Assembly (NCBI GenBank): GCA_964016885.1
Contig: OZ024744.1
Coordinates: 74,338,001-74,402,000 of the forward strand
Source: Eledone cirrhosa
Taxonomy: Eukaryota
DNA length: 64,000 nucleotides
Direction of reading: 5' to 3'
Shown: piece by piece, positions 63,684-64,000 of the stretch
How positions within the stretch are numbered: the first letter of the stretch is position 1
How the letters are laid out: the number at the start of each line of letters is the position of its first letter
Made by a program: the position numbers and the translations under genes
The notes under the pieces: model-generated
Database searches by the model: none
Told to the model about the DNA's origin: nothing
Seen by the model: only the letters and a program-made list of their open reading frames with translations

Positions 63684-63797
63684 CGGAAGGTTAGTAGTTA
63701 GGGTGATTGGTTAACGCTCATAAAGACATGAGTTCTATTTCCGGCGACGTGTTGTGTTAATGAATGATACATTTTATTTCACGTTGTTCCAGTCCAC
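63684..63797 (+). mobile_element. Degenerate tRNA-derived SINE head of a second family
   Basis: TTAGTAGTTAGGGTG (box A-like), GAGTTCTATTTCC (box B-like), GTTGTGT..ACATTTTATTTCACGTTGTTCCAGTCCAC. Confidence 0.55.
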
Positions 63798-64000
63798 CGT
63801 TCCAGTCCAGAAATAGCCGTCGAAACGGCTTGAGCTCTGCCGTCGGGGTCATACACTTTAATATATATATATATGTATATGCGTGTGTCTGCTGGTAGCT
63901 AAGATGCTTCCATAGGCGGTATGCCGGTTGAGCACTCTATGCTCTTACAGAGCAGAGTATGATAGAATAGAAAACGAAAAATCAGTGATGCATCTGAACT

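Overview
Eukaryotic, AT-rich, repeat-saturated genomic DNA with no recognisable host gene. The SINE types resemble those described from octopod cephalopods (inference). The window is a mosaic of retroelements separated by microsatellites. It holds R4/Dong-like restriction-like-endonuclease non-LTR elements (three families, two with intact 1216 and 1130 aa ORFs), Tx1/L1-clade elements (two near full length, three fragments), RTE and CRE fragments, and Penelope-like elements (one near-complete, one truncated, one Naiad-like remnant). It also holds tRNA-derived SINEs, MITE/Helitron-like pieces and at least nine minimal type I hammerhead ribozyme motifs. Most notable: (i) each retroelement family is bordered by its own microsatellite and strand ((AAT)n, (ATT)n, (TATC)n, (CATA)n, (TA)n, (ATGT)n), giving a ~28 kb stack of elements mostly joined by (ATT)n/(AAT)n; (ii) two very divergent Dong-like families share one closely related 5' leader whose architecture resembles a Tx1 5' UTR plus ORF1 start; (iii) several hammerheads have a stem III that is itself (UA)n; (iv) there is a homologous -1 frame break at a slippery A-run in ORF1 of two divergent Tx1 elements. 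All alignments and folds were done by eye, and element boundaries are approximate.
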